NCBI GenBank assembly: GCA_950072105.1
Contig: CATMOE010000040.1
Span: 1-34,484, forward strand
Origin: an uncultured Dehalococcoidia bacterium
Lineage (GTDB): Bacteria; Chloroflexota; Dehalococcoidia; Lucifugimonadales; UBA3495
Length of the DNA stretch: 34,484 nucleotides
Direction: 5' to 3'
Position 1 is the stretch's first letter. Every line of letters begins with the position of its first letter. The translations under genes and the position numbers were made by a program. The notes beneath the pieces were generated by a model. It saw only the letters and a program-made list of their open reading frames with translations. It was not told where the DNA came from and did no database searches. Shown one piece after another: positions 26,430-34,484 of the stretch.

Positions 26430-26574
26430 TGTCTTTGCGAGGCGACCAACGACGTGGAATCTGCGGATGGGCAGCATCCCCACGCCTGTCATTCCGATCG
26501 CAGGGAGGAATCTCGGGATGTGTGGGACGGCCCCACCCCAGATGCTTCGCCGCTGCGGCTGGCTCAGCATGACA
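26430..26574. repeat. Cluster of degenerate GTCAT-type palindromic repeats (REP-like)
   Basis: TGTCTTTGCGAG..GGAATCT, TGTCATTCCGA..GAGGAATCT (26487-26513) and the inverted AGATGCTTCGC..GCTCAGCATGACA (26540-26574). Confidence 0.7.
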
Positions 26575-26675
26575 TGTTCGGATCATCGACAGGCGGTCTC
26601 TATTAGTCAATCCACCACAAGCAAAGTGTAAGGATATATGGGGGAATCACTGATGATGGGAAATAGAGCCCGGAA

Positions 26676-27308
26676 ATGCCAGGATCCCCTGATTTGAGCG
26701 GCGATGTGCTAGTCACAGTCTGGTTCGATTACACCTGCCCCCATTGCCATGTCGGCCTGGGGCGGCTGGACAGCTTGTCCGGAGAAGTGGCCTTCACCAT
26801 TGACCGCCGTCCCTACCTGCTCCGTCCGCATGCGCCTATAAATTCTGTTTTGGCGCAAGACCGCTCGGTTGAGGCACAGTCGCTAACCCATGAATCTCCC
26901 GTCCGCCGTCCGCCTCTGGCGCCCTTGGGTGAAAAACCTGCGGCGGAGCCGTTTTCCAGCCGGTCTCTGAGCACCGTATTGGTTCACGAGGCCACGGCGT
27001 TTGCCAGAGAGCAAGGTAGGGACCGGGAGTTCTACTTGGAGACTGCCGGAGAGTACTGGGAGCGGGGCTCCGACTTGGGAAGCATATATACCCTTCGCAG
27101 GTCAGCCTCCAGAGCCGGACTGGACTGGGAGTCCATGTGGCCTAAGTTGGAGTCCGGCCACTACCGTCCATGGGTATTGGAAGAACATCGGGCAGCCGTC
27201 GAACAGGGTGTGAAGGGAGTTCCCTCCTATCTCATAGGAGGAAAAATGTACACCGGTGACGTGGGGATTGATGCGTTGCGGGCGGCAGTTGAGGGATCTC
27301 CCGGCTAG
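26676..27308 (+). CDS. DsbA/FrnE-family thioredoxin-fold oxidoreductase
   Basis: WFDYTCPHC (CxxC), PYLLRP and the GVKGVPSY cis-Pro loop. Confidence 0.88.
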   Translation: MPGSPDLSGDVLVTVWFDYTCPHCHVGLGRLDSLSGEVAFTIDRRPYLLRPHAPINSVLAQDRSVEAQSLTHESPVRRPPLAPLGEKPAAEPFSSRSLSTVLVHEATAFAREQGRDREFYLETAGEYWERGSDLGSIYTLRRSASRAGLDWESMWPKLESGHYRPWVLEEHRAAVEQGVKGVPSYLIGGKMYTGDVGIDALRAAVEGSPG

Positions 27309-28576
27309 CGAGCCGGCGCCTTGGCGGCTAAATGAGGCGGTTTAGTCAACAAGATCAGCCCGATGGCCGCGATCCCGATCACGGCGAGAGTTATAAAAGC
27401 GAAATGATAGCTTCCGGTGATGTCGAATACCAGGCCGGAAAACACCACGCCGATAGCCTGCCCCAAAGAGACGAAAGGCTCGGTTACTCCCCTGATCACG
27501 CCGATGGACCGGCGGCCGAAATAGTTGGCATATGCTACTGCGGGGACCACTAAAATCCCTCCCACGGATAACCCGAACAGCGACGCGACCAGCAGCGCTT
27601 GCCATACGGTGTTGACTGACGGGAACAGAAACAAAGCCACCACCATGACCACGGCGACAGCGGCGTAGCAATACCGGACGGAGACCCTCTCCACCAGCCA
27701 GCCCCAGATGAGACTGCCGATGCCGGTGAACGCCGCGTTAAAGCTGATGGATAGAGCCGAGATGACGCCGCCCAGGTCCTGGTCGATGAAGTAGGCGCCC
27801 TGGTGGGTATTCGTGCCGGCCTGCATCAGGAAAAGGATACCGGTGGCCAGAGCCATGAGCCAAAGTGTGGGGGTCCGGCGGGCGTCTCGCAACGTCCAGT
27901 CCGGTTCTTCAGACGGCGCCGGTACTGTGCCGGACTCATCTTCCGGCCTCCCTTGGGGTAGATCCGGCGCTAATCCCATCGCCTCAGGGGACTGTCTGAT
28001 CAATAACGAAACGGGTCCCAAGGCCGCGACCCACACGATCGCTCCCAGAACCATCCAAGCGGCCTGCCATCCCCAGTAATGGATCACCATTCCGGCGATC
28101 AACGGGAATAGCACCATGCCCATGGAGTGGGCAAGGAACAGCATGCCGGTCGCCCGGCCCCGCCGCCGCACGAACCACCGGGACACAACCACGGAGGGAC
28201 CTATCTGGAAGGAACTGGAGAACAATACCCTCCCCATTCCGAAGGCTAGGTAGAACGCGATGGGGACGGTGGCCCAAGCCAGGGAAAAGGTGGATATTCC
28301 CATGGCCAGAACGCTGATCGCAAGTATCAGGCGGACCCCGTATTTATCGGAAGCCCAGCCGACGACGGGAGAAGTCACGGCGGCCACCAACCCGCCGAGA
28401 CTGGCGGCGCCGGCTATCAAGGTGCGGCTCCAACCCAAGTCGTCGGAGATCGGGAATATGAAGACGGCTAGGGTGAGGCTGGCGGCGGCGTTGCGCACGA
28501 ACATCGCGTCGCCGGCCGCGAAGAGAATCACCCATCCGTAGTAGAAGGGCATCTTGTGGGCGAGCCGGTTGATCAA
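27305..28576 (-). CDS. MFS transporter (same subfamily as 14857..16197)
   Basis: PFYYGW, GWASDKYG, RWFVRRRGRA, ANYFGRRSIGVIRG and FDITGSY. Confidence 0.9.
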   Translation of the reverse strand: MINRLAHKMPFYYGWVILFAAGDAMFVRNAAASLTLAVFIFPISDDLGWSRTLIAGAASLGGLVAAVTSPVVGWASDKYGVRLILAISVLAMGISTFSLAWATVPIAFYLAFGMGRVLFSSSFQIGPSVVVSRWFVRRRGRATGMLFLAHSMGMVLFPLIAGMVIHYWGWQAAWMVLGAIVWVAALGPVSLLIRQSPEAMGLAPDLPQGRPEDESGTVPAPSEEPDWTLRDARRTPTLWLMALATGILFLMQAGTNTHQGAYFIDQDLGGVISALSISFNAAFTGIGSLIWGWLVERVSVRYCYAAVAVVMVVALFLFPSVNTVWQALLVASLFGLSVGGILVVPAVAYANYFGRRSIGVIRGVTEPFVSLGQAIGVVFSGLVFDITGSYHFAFITLAVIGIAAIGLILLTKPPHLAAKAPAR

Positions 28577-28703
28577 ACCTGTCTTATCCCGCGACTAGCC
28601 GCAGCGGCCCCTGGCGACCGAAGACCACCGGAGAGAGGCTTAGAGTATCGGACGCCATGACGCGCCCAAGTGTCCGCTGGCTGATGGGAGGCTATCGAGA
28701 TGC

Positions 28704-29495
28704 TCATTCCAGGTGAGGCATGTTGTAACGGTCTTCCGGATTCAGCCAACCCTTGAAGTTGGGCTCTCGCTTCTCGGCGAAGGCGATCCGCGCTTCCATC
28801 TGGTCGGATGTATCGCCGTGTTCGTGGAGGGCCGCCGCCAACCGGCTCAGGTCCGGAGCCACCTTGGGACGCATCTGCCGCATCATGTGGATCGTGTTGA
28901 CCCGGGACGCCGGGGGTAGGGTTAGCAGGTGCTCTGCCATCCCGAACGCGGTGGGCAATAGCTCATCGGGTTCAACCAGGCGGTTGATAAACCCAACCTC
29001 GTATAGACGTTGGGCGGTGAAACGGAACCCCAAGGCCAACTCGGTGGCGATGGGGTGGGGCAGACCGGCGAAAAATCCGTGGTTGTAGCCTCCTAGGAGA
29101 AACCGTTTTGCCTCGGATACTTCGAACATCGCGCTGGAAACCGCTACTCTCAGGTCGCTGCGTTCCACCAAGATGAACCCGCCGCCCATGGCAAACCCGT
29201 TGATAGCGGCAATCACCGGCTTGTCCGATTGCCATTCGTTGTAGGGATTGGTGAGGGGATGGGACTCGACGCCAGGAGCGCCCCGCTCCAAAACTTCCTT
29301 CATGTCGTCTCCGGCGCAAAAGGCCCGGCCGGTGCCGGTGAACACGGCGACCTCCAAGTCAGGATTGTCGTTGAACTCGGTAAACGCCGCGAACATCTCG
29401 GTTCGTAGCTCCAATCCCAGGGCGTTCATCCTTTCCGGACGGTTCAATTGGATGAGCATGACCTGACCCTGAATGTCGGTATTCACCACTGCCAC
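28704..29495 (-). CDS. Enoyl-CoA hydratase/isomerase (crotonase) family protein, copy 1
   Basis: LNRPERMNAL, GRAFCAGDD, KPVIAAINGFAMGGG and AFAEKREPNFKG. Confidence 0.92.
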   Translation of the reverse strand: MAVVNTDIQGQVMLIQLNRPERMNALGLELRTEMFAAFTEFNDNPDLEVAVFTGTGRAFCAGDDMKEVLERGAPGVESHPLTNPYNEWQSDKPVIAAINGFAMGGGFILVERSDLRVAVSSAMFEVSEAKRFLLGGYNHGFFAGLPHPIATELALGFRFTAQRLYEVGFINRLVEPDELLPTAFGMAEHLLTLPPASRVNTIHMMRQMRPKVAPDLSRLAAALHEHGDTSDQMEARIAFAEKREPNFKGWLNPEDRYNMPHLE

Positions 29496-29672
29496 GAGTG
29501 ATTCTCCTTATGGTTAGAGACGGTTAGATCTGGACGCGGCCAAGGCCCCGCCAAGGCGCCTGCCCGATGTTAGGCGGAAGCGCCCCCATCCGGCGGTTCG
29601 AGACCCTGGGAGAGAGACTTCGGTTTTCCGATTCTCACGGGGTTACTGGCTGATGGGAAGGTATCGAGTCGC

Positions 29673-30464
29673 TCACTCCAAAGTAGGTAAGTTGTACCGG
29701 TCTTCGGGTTTCAGCCAACCCTTGAAGTTGGGCGTTCGCTTCTCGGCGAATGCGCTACGCGATTCCATCAGATCGGATTTATCACCGTGTTCGTGGAGTG
29801 CCTCCGCTAGTTTGCTCAGATCTGGAGCGACTTTGGGCCGCATCTGCCGCATCATGTGAATCGTGTTGACTCGTGAAGCGGGTGGAAGAGTGAGCATATG
29901 CTCAGCCATGCCGAAGGCAGTAGGCAATAGCTCTTCAGGTTCAACCAAGCGATTAATGAACCCTACCTCGTAAAGCCGTTGGGCGGTAAAGCGGAAGCCC
30001 AAGGCCATTTCCGTGGCGATGGGATGGGGCAGGCCAGCGAAATAGCCGTGATTATAACCGCCCAGCAGCCACCGTTTAGCTTCAGACACTTCGAACACCG
30101 CGCTGGGGACCGCCACCCGCAAGTCGGTACGCTCCACCAAGATGAATCCACCGCCCATGGCATACCCGTTTATGGCGGCGATAACCGGCTTGTCCAACTC
30201 TCCATCGTTGAACGGGTTCTTGACCGGAGCCGATGCGCTTCCCGGAGCGCCACGTTCCAAAGCTTCCTTCATGTCCTCCCCGGCGCAAAAGGCCCGGCCG
30301 GTTCCGGTAAACACGGCGACCTCCAGGTCAGGGTTGTCTTTGAACTCGGTAAATGCCGCGGCCATCTCGGTTCGCAATTCCACTCCCAAGGCATTCAAGC
30401 GCTCGGGGCGGTTCAATCGAATGAGCATGATCTGACCTTGAATATCTGTTTCCACCACTGGCAT
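29673..30464 (-). CDS. Enoyl-CoA hydratase/isomerase (crotonase) family protein, copy 2
   Basis: Same motifs and same length (263 aa); about 85% identical to copy 1 by manual alignment. Confidence 0.92.
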   Translation of the reverse strand: MPVVETDIQGQIMLIRLNRPERLNALGVELRTEMAAAFTEFKDNPDLEVAVFTGTGRAFCAGEDMKEALERGAPGSASAPVKNPFNDGELDKPVIAAINGYAMGGGFILVERTDLRVAVPSAVFEVSEAKRWLLGGYNHGYFAGLPHPIATEMALGFRFTAQRLYEVGFINRLVEPEELLPTAFGMAEHMLTLPPASRVNTIHMMRQMRPKVAPDLSKLAEALHEHGDKSDLMESRSAFAEKRTPNFKGWLKPEDRYNLPTLE

Positions 30465-30479
30465 GGTTGATCCTCCTTG

Positions 30480-30686
30480 TTATTGGGGGATAGTCCTTTG
30501 AACGCCCATCAGATTATGGGCGACATAGCGTATTTGGGCAGGTCTGTCTCGTGGAGTTAGCTCCAATCTACGAGGTAAACCCGCTTGAGCAGCTTCGCGG
30601 ACAGCCTGCCAATTGTACCTGGCAACCGCATTTTCAGCTTCGTCGAGAAGGCGTTCTATCCTAAGTCTGCGCCGGTCGCTGGCCAT
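30480..30686 (-). pseudogene. Probable N-terminal gene fragment (helical/TPR-like start)
   Basis: MASDRRRLRIERLLDEAENAVARYNWQAVREAAQA looks like a real amphipathic helical hairpin, after which the sequence appears non-coding. Confidence 0.35.
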
Positions 30687-30983
30687 GATGGGAATCTTAC
30701 GTTGGAGATGGAAGGTTGTCCACTGGACCCGTCATGTATGCGGCATGTACGGCCAGCCTTAACCAATAGGCGTTAAGTAGGCCGGCCCAAGTCCGCAGCG
30801 AGGAAGATAGATTTGTCATTTGGCATAAAGCATAATCCCGAGCAAAAGTAATCGTTTCGTTCAAGCGCGATGTGGAGGATGCGGCTTCGTTGCCGCCGCG
30901 GTGGTAATAGTTGCACTCAAAAAACAAGGAGCCTTCAGCGGTACTGCCCGGCCAACCGGCTCCTGATCCTCGTCTCTACGGGT

Positions 30984-31169
30984 CTATCGGTAGGAGATCA
31001 TGGCGATAACCAAATAGATAACGCCTAAAAGAAAAGAAATGGGGATGGCCTTCAGTAATCTCTTGTGAGGGATCACTACGATATAAGCCACGGCCATGAT
31101 AAGGCCTAGTATGATAAATCCCCAGCCGGACAATATCGCCGCCAACCTGACACTATCTGGCAACTTCAA
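30984..31169 (-). CDS. Small two-helix membrane protein, unknown function
   Basis: 61 aa with two hydrophobic segments separated by PHKRLLK; lies in a lower-GC patch. Confidence 0.5.
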   Translation of the reverse strand: MKLPDSVRLAAILSGWGFIILGLIMAVAYIVVIPHKRLLKAIPISFLLGVIYLVIAMISYR

Positions 31170-31256
31170 CTCCAGGCATCAAGAAAGTAAATCGCCTAAG
31201 GCAGGGCGAATGTCTCTGCATCACTTAGTCGAAGGCCCAGTCTGGTCAACACCGGC

Positions 31257-32810
31257 TTAGGTGCCCCGGGACAGGTCCGCCGCGATCCAGTCGGCTACTC
31301 GTTCGCCGATCATGATTGTTGTGCAGTTGGTGTTGGCCCTGATGACATCGGGCATAACGGACGCGTCGGCAACCCGCAATCCCTGGATGCCATGGACTTT
31401 GCAATACTGGTCGACCACGGCCATGGGGTCGCTGTTGGGACCCATCTTGCAGGTGCCGGACAGGTGTTGACCTATCCACACGTTTTCCATCATCCAGGCA
31501 TCAAGCGCCTCATCCGAGGACAGGTCCTCTTCGACGGGAGAGATCAGGCTATCGACGATGTCGCGGAAGGCCTCATGCTCCATCAGTTTGATCGCTATGC
31601 GGACCCCCTCTCGCATCCGTTCCCGGTCCCAGGGCTCTTCAAGATAGCGGCAATCGATGTATGGTTGAACGCCAGGATCGGTGGAAGTGAGGCGTAGCTC
31701 CCCGGCGCTTGCCGCCAACTCCATCATGCAGGTGATTCTGATGCCCTCTTCGGCGAAGGGGTCGCCGCCCAGGGGCGTGGAGAAAGACGATGGGAAGAGC
31801 TGCATGTCGTTCCGATGGTCTGAACCGGTGGCAGTATAACGCAGCAACGCCTGCATCCTGGGAGCATCGGGGTCAAGCAGGAATTCATCTTTGACGGAGA
31901 CCCGGATCGGGAGCAGTGGATGGTCCCGCAGATTCTGCCCCACGCCGGGCAGGTCCTTGACCACTGGAATACCAAGGCCTCGTAATTGAGACTCAGGCCC
32001 GACCCCGGAAAGCATCAGTAATTGGGGTGAGGCGATGGCCCCGGCGCTGAGAACGATTAGATCGCTTTCCACGATGAATCGGTCTCCGCCGCTTTCCACC
32101 TCTACTCCGGTGGCTCGTTGCCCATCGAACAGGACGCGCCGGACCTGCACGTTGGGCCGGATGGTCAGGTTGATCCGGTGCCGGTTTGGATTGATGTAGG
32201 TTAGGGCGGTGCTCATACGGACGCCATCGGGGTTGTTCATCGGGAACGGCCCCACTCCACTGGAGTCCGGGTGATTATGGTCGTAAGTCTCCGGGTAGCC
32301 GGCGTCCAGGCACGACTGGTTAAAAGCCACTTGAAGGGGCGACCAGGTTTCCCGCTTGTGCCGGCGCACGGGGATCGGGCCGTCGAATCCGTGGAAATCG
32401 TCCCGCACATCTGTGTCGGTCTCCAATTTTCGGAAATAGGGCAGCACCTTGAGGTAACCCCACTCGTCGTTTCCCCACGACGCCCATCGGTCGTAGTCCT
32501 CGGGGACCCCACGCAAAAAGACCTGGCCGTTGATAGCGCTGGTCCCGCCGACCACTTTACCTCTGGGGACCGCCACGGGTTCCGACTGGACCTGGGTGCC
32601 CTGGCCCTCAAAAGACCAATTGTGGGGCGCACCCGCTTCCGAGGCCGTAGGAGCGTAGCCGTACTTCAAGTCATCCGGAGTGGACTCCAGGTCGGGGTAG
32701 TCGGGGCCGGCCTCTAAGAGTAGAACCGATCGGTTCGGCGATTCGGATAGGCGAGTAGCCAGGGTCCCGCCCGCGGACCCCGCTCCAATCACAATCACGT
32801 CGTATTTCAC
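31257..32810 (-). CDS. GMC family FAD oxidoreductase (choline dehydrogenase/MftG-like)
   Basis: GAGSAG, LLLEAG, RGKVVGGTSAING, SPQLLMLSGVG, GVGQNLRDH, H.SGTCKMG, DASVMP and NTN...IMIGE. Confidence 0.93.
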   Translation of the reverse strand: MKYDVIVIGAGSAGGTLATRLSESPNRSVLLLEAGPDYPDLESTPDDLKYGYAPTASEAGAPHNWSFEGQGTQVQSEPVAVPRGKVVGGTSAINGQVFLRGVPEDYDRWASWGNDEWGYLKVLPYFRKLETDTDVRDDFHGFDGPIPVRRHKRETWSPLQVAFNQSCLDAGYPETYDHNHPDSSGVGPFPMNNPDGVRMSTALTYINPNRHRINLTIRPNVQVRRVLFDGQRATGVEVESGGDRFIVESDLIVLSAGAIASPQLLMLSGVGPESQLRGLGIPVVKDLPGVGQNLRDHPLLPIRVSVKDEFLLDPDAPRMQALLRYTATGSDHRNDMQLFPSSFSTPLGGDPFAEEGIRITCMMELAASAGELRLTSTDPGVQPYIDCRYLEEPWDRERMREGVRIAIKLMEHEAFRDIVDSLISPVEEDLSSDEALDAWMMENVWIGQHLSGTCKMGPNSDPMAVVDQYCKVHGIQGLRVADASVMPDVIRANTNCTTIMIGERVADWIAADLSRGT

Positions 32811-33065
32811 GGTCTCCCCCGTTAGGTCAGGATGGGTTCAAAGTTGTGAGATCGACCAGCACGCTCACTTTAATACACGATTCACACAGAAAGCCTACAT
32901 TGCTCAATGGAAGCTAATGCATGATACCAGAGTACGGCGGATAGGCTGGCGGAGGAGTGGATCCAAGGGCAAGTGCGAACTTGGTTACATCTGTCATTAC
33001 AACCACAGGACCGGCTAACGGCCCGGCTCCGACAACTAAGCCATCAAATTAATACCCCCTTAATA

Positions 33066-33079
33066 AGAACGTTTGTTCA
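33066..33079. promoter_or_regulatory. Candidate LexA/SOS box (GAAC-N4-GTTC)
   Basis: AGAAC-GTTT-GTTC-A in an AT-rich divergent intergenic region. Confidence 0.45.
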
Positions 33080-33233
33080 TACGTAGATATACGTAAAAAA
33101 TGTGGCATTCTTGACCTGCAAACATCCAAGAATCCCCACCCACTCTACGTTGAGAGCAACGGGTGTGGCGCAGGGGCCGGTTGAGCGAGGGCGCTCCATA
33201 TAAGCCCTGATTCGTCGACAGCCGGCAGAGGCG

Positions 33234-33542
33234 GTGGCTAACTTGTTCAAGTTGCTGATCGGACTGTTTTCCACTTCAAGGCCGTCCAGTCTGCGCGAAG
33301 GTGTCATGGATATCTTGGGTGGTGCGGTTGGCCGGGTTGCCTTTCGTTACCAACCCGGCCAAGAGATGCGGGACAAGGCGTTGGTTGGGGCCGGAATCTT
33401 AGGCCGAAAATACCGCATAGCCGAACAACGGATATACACCCGCCAACCCTATTACACATTGATTGACGCAGCCACAGGGGATAGCCTAGGGCTGTTTCAC
33501 CAAGATTCGATCGAACCTTATAGCCCGGCGCCGTCCCGTTGA
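33234..33542 (+). CDS. Hypothetical protein (small, possibly SH3-like beta-barrel); start uncertain
   Basis: FRYQPGQEMRDK..G.G.I...........PYY.L pattern; the only substantial plus-strand ORF here. Confidence 0.45.
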   Translation: MANLFKLLIGLFSTSRPSSLREGVMDILGGAVGRVAFRYQPGQEMRDKALVGAGILGRKYRIAEQRIYTRQPYYTLIDAATGDSLGLFHQDSIEPYSPAPSR

Positions 33543-33603
33543 CTTGATTCGACGGCCATGCTAGGTTTTTGGCATCTAACGCTTTCAGATTTGAGGAGGG
33601 AAA

Positions 33604-34098
33604 ATGAGCAGAAGGTTAGTTGGCCTAATGGCGGTATTCATCGCGGTAGTTGTAGCCGGTGGGTTCGTAATCGCCCAGTCGAACGTTCCGGCAGCGACGG
33701 CGAAAACCGGAGATACGTTTCAGTTGGACTTAGTCATTCAATCCTCCGAGACTAAGTACTGGGGACTCGATGTCTCTACTACAATCAAAGTCATTGAGAG
33801 TGCGTTAGCCAAAGGCAGATATAACGTAGACTCGTTCTTCGATATCACCTACGCCTCGAATATCGGGTCTAGCGGCTTGGACGGCAACACCGCCAAAGCA
33901 AGTTTCAACGTTGATTCGTTCTTCGATCTAGAGTGAGAAATCACGCGAAGATCTTTCCCTACTGAGATGGTCGCCATGTCGCTGACAGCATCGCTCGGCG
34001 ACGGCCCGGTTTCCCAAAGGGCGATCGATCTCGTGAGGGAAGCAGTGAAGAGCTTGGGCGCCGACGTTACCTACGGCCACGTCACGGTTCTTAAGTAG
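33604..34098 (+). CDS. Secreted motif-rich hypothetical protein interrupted by an in-frame TGA at 33934-33936 (110 aa to the TGA; 164 aa if read through)
   Basis: GAGGAGG RBS, signal peptide and NVDSFFD twice. The frame continues for 53 codons: EITRRSFPTEMVAMSLTAS...YGHVTVLK then TAG. Confidence 0.65.
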
Positions 34099-34207
34099 CT
34101 CACATCTTCCCGTGGAATCGTCTAACGGCTGAGCCAGGAGTGCCGCCAGGCCGATTGAGGCATATCTTAGTTTGGTGCTGCATCCATCCACTGATCGAAC
34201 AAAGATC

Positions 34208-34237
34208 AGGCCCCTGGGATTAGGTCCGGGGGCCTTT
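34208..34237. terminator. Hairpin terminator between convergent genes
   Basis: AGGCCCCTGG-GATTAGGT-CCGGGGGCCT then TT. Confidence 0.6.
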
Positions 34238-34301
34238 CCTGTGCCGGGAGAGCTATTTTATCGAGCAGTGGGATGCACGGGCATATTTTGCGAAGACCGA
34301 A

Positions 34302-34484
34302 TCAGCCCACGCGGTATGGGTCTAATGCCTTCTGATTGATAGTGATGCCCAAGCCCGGCCGGTCCGGCGGGCTGACGTAACCATCAACGATGGTCAGGGG
34401 CTCCTCGAACATCTTGTCCCACATCGGGTCGGTTGAGCCCCGGTAGAACTCCAGGATGAGTCCGTTGGGTATGGCGGATGCCAG
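34302..34484 (-). CDS. C-terminus of a mandelate racemase/muconate lactonizing enzyme (enolase superfamily) protein, 5' part outside the window
   Basis: Manual translation: LASAIPNGLILEFYRGSTDPMWDKMFEEPLTIVDGYVSPPDRPGLGITINQKALDPYRVG*, with the family motif AIPN...E...DG...PP..PGLG. Confidence 0.85.
   Translation of the reverse strand: MASAIPNGLILEFYRGSTDPMWDKMFEEPLTIVDGYVSPPDRPGLGITINQKALDPYRVG

Noticed and set aside
30697..30927. 76-aa minus-strand ORF
   Set aside because: No recognisable motif and no support beyond being open.
31257..32810. Calling this gene mftG or betA
   Set aside because: No mycofactocin or betaine genes are nearby, and GMC motifs do not define the substrate.
1..34484. 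Genome-wide TGA reassignment (genetic code 4 or 25)
   Set aside because: Several genes end in TGA at natural family C-termini (1854, 3796, 25070, 28704, 29673, 34302), and Trp is encoded by TGG in the genes I translated.

Overview
A GC-rich bacterial window, most consistent with Chloroflexota/Dehalococcoidia (SAR202-like). This placement is inferred from gene content only: luciferase-like monooxygenase, Baeyer-Villiger monooxygenase, F420-dependent reductase, duplicated crotonases, GMC oxidoreductase, orphan Mo-hydroxylase large subunit and an enolase-family enzyme. It holds mostly catabolic/redox enzymes, three MFS transporters and several surface proteins. I saw no rRNA, tRNA, transposase or CRISPR array. 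The ORF track misses three in-frame TGA codons that interrupt otherwise continuous coding sequences. (1) One sits at the catalytic Cys position of a tandem rhodanese and is followed by a SECIS-like hairpin, so this is a probable selenoprotein (1854-2681). (2) One lies between a type IV prepilin and a large Ig/LamG/DNRLRE adhesin-like body (5363-9790). (3) One lies inside a small secreted motif-rich protein (33604-34098). Other points: a frameshifted YceI-fusion lipoprotein, a degenerate prepilin fragment, GTCATTCC-type palindromic repeats including a 21-nt tandem array, several enzymes with non-canonical active sites, and a candidate LexA box.
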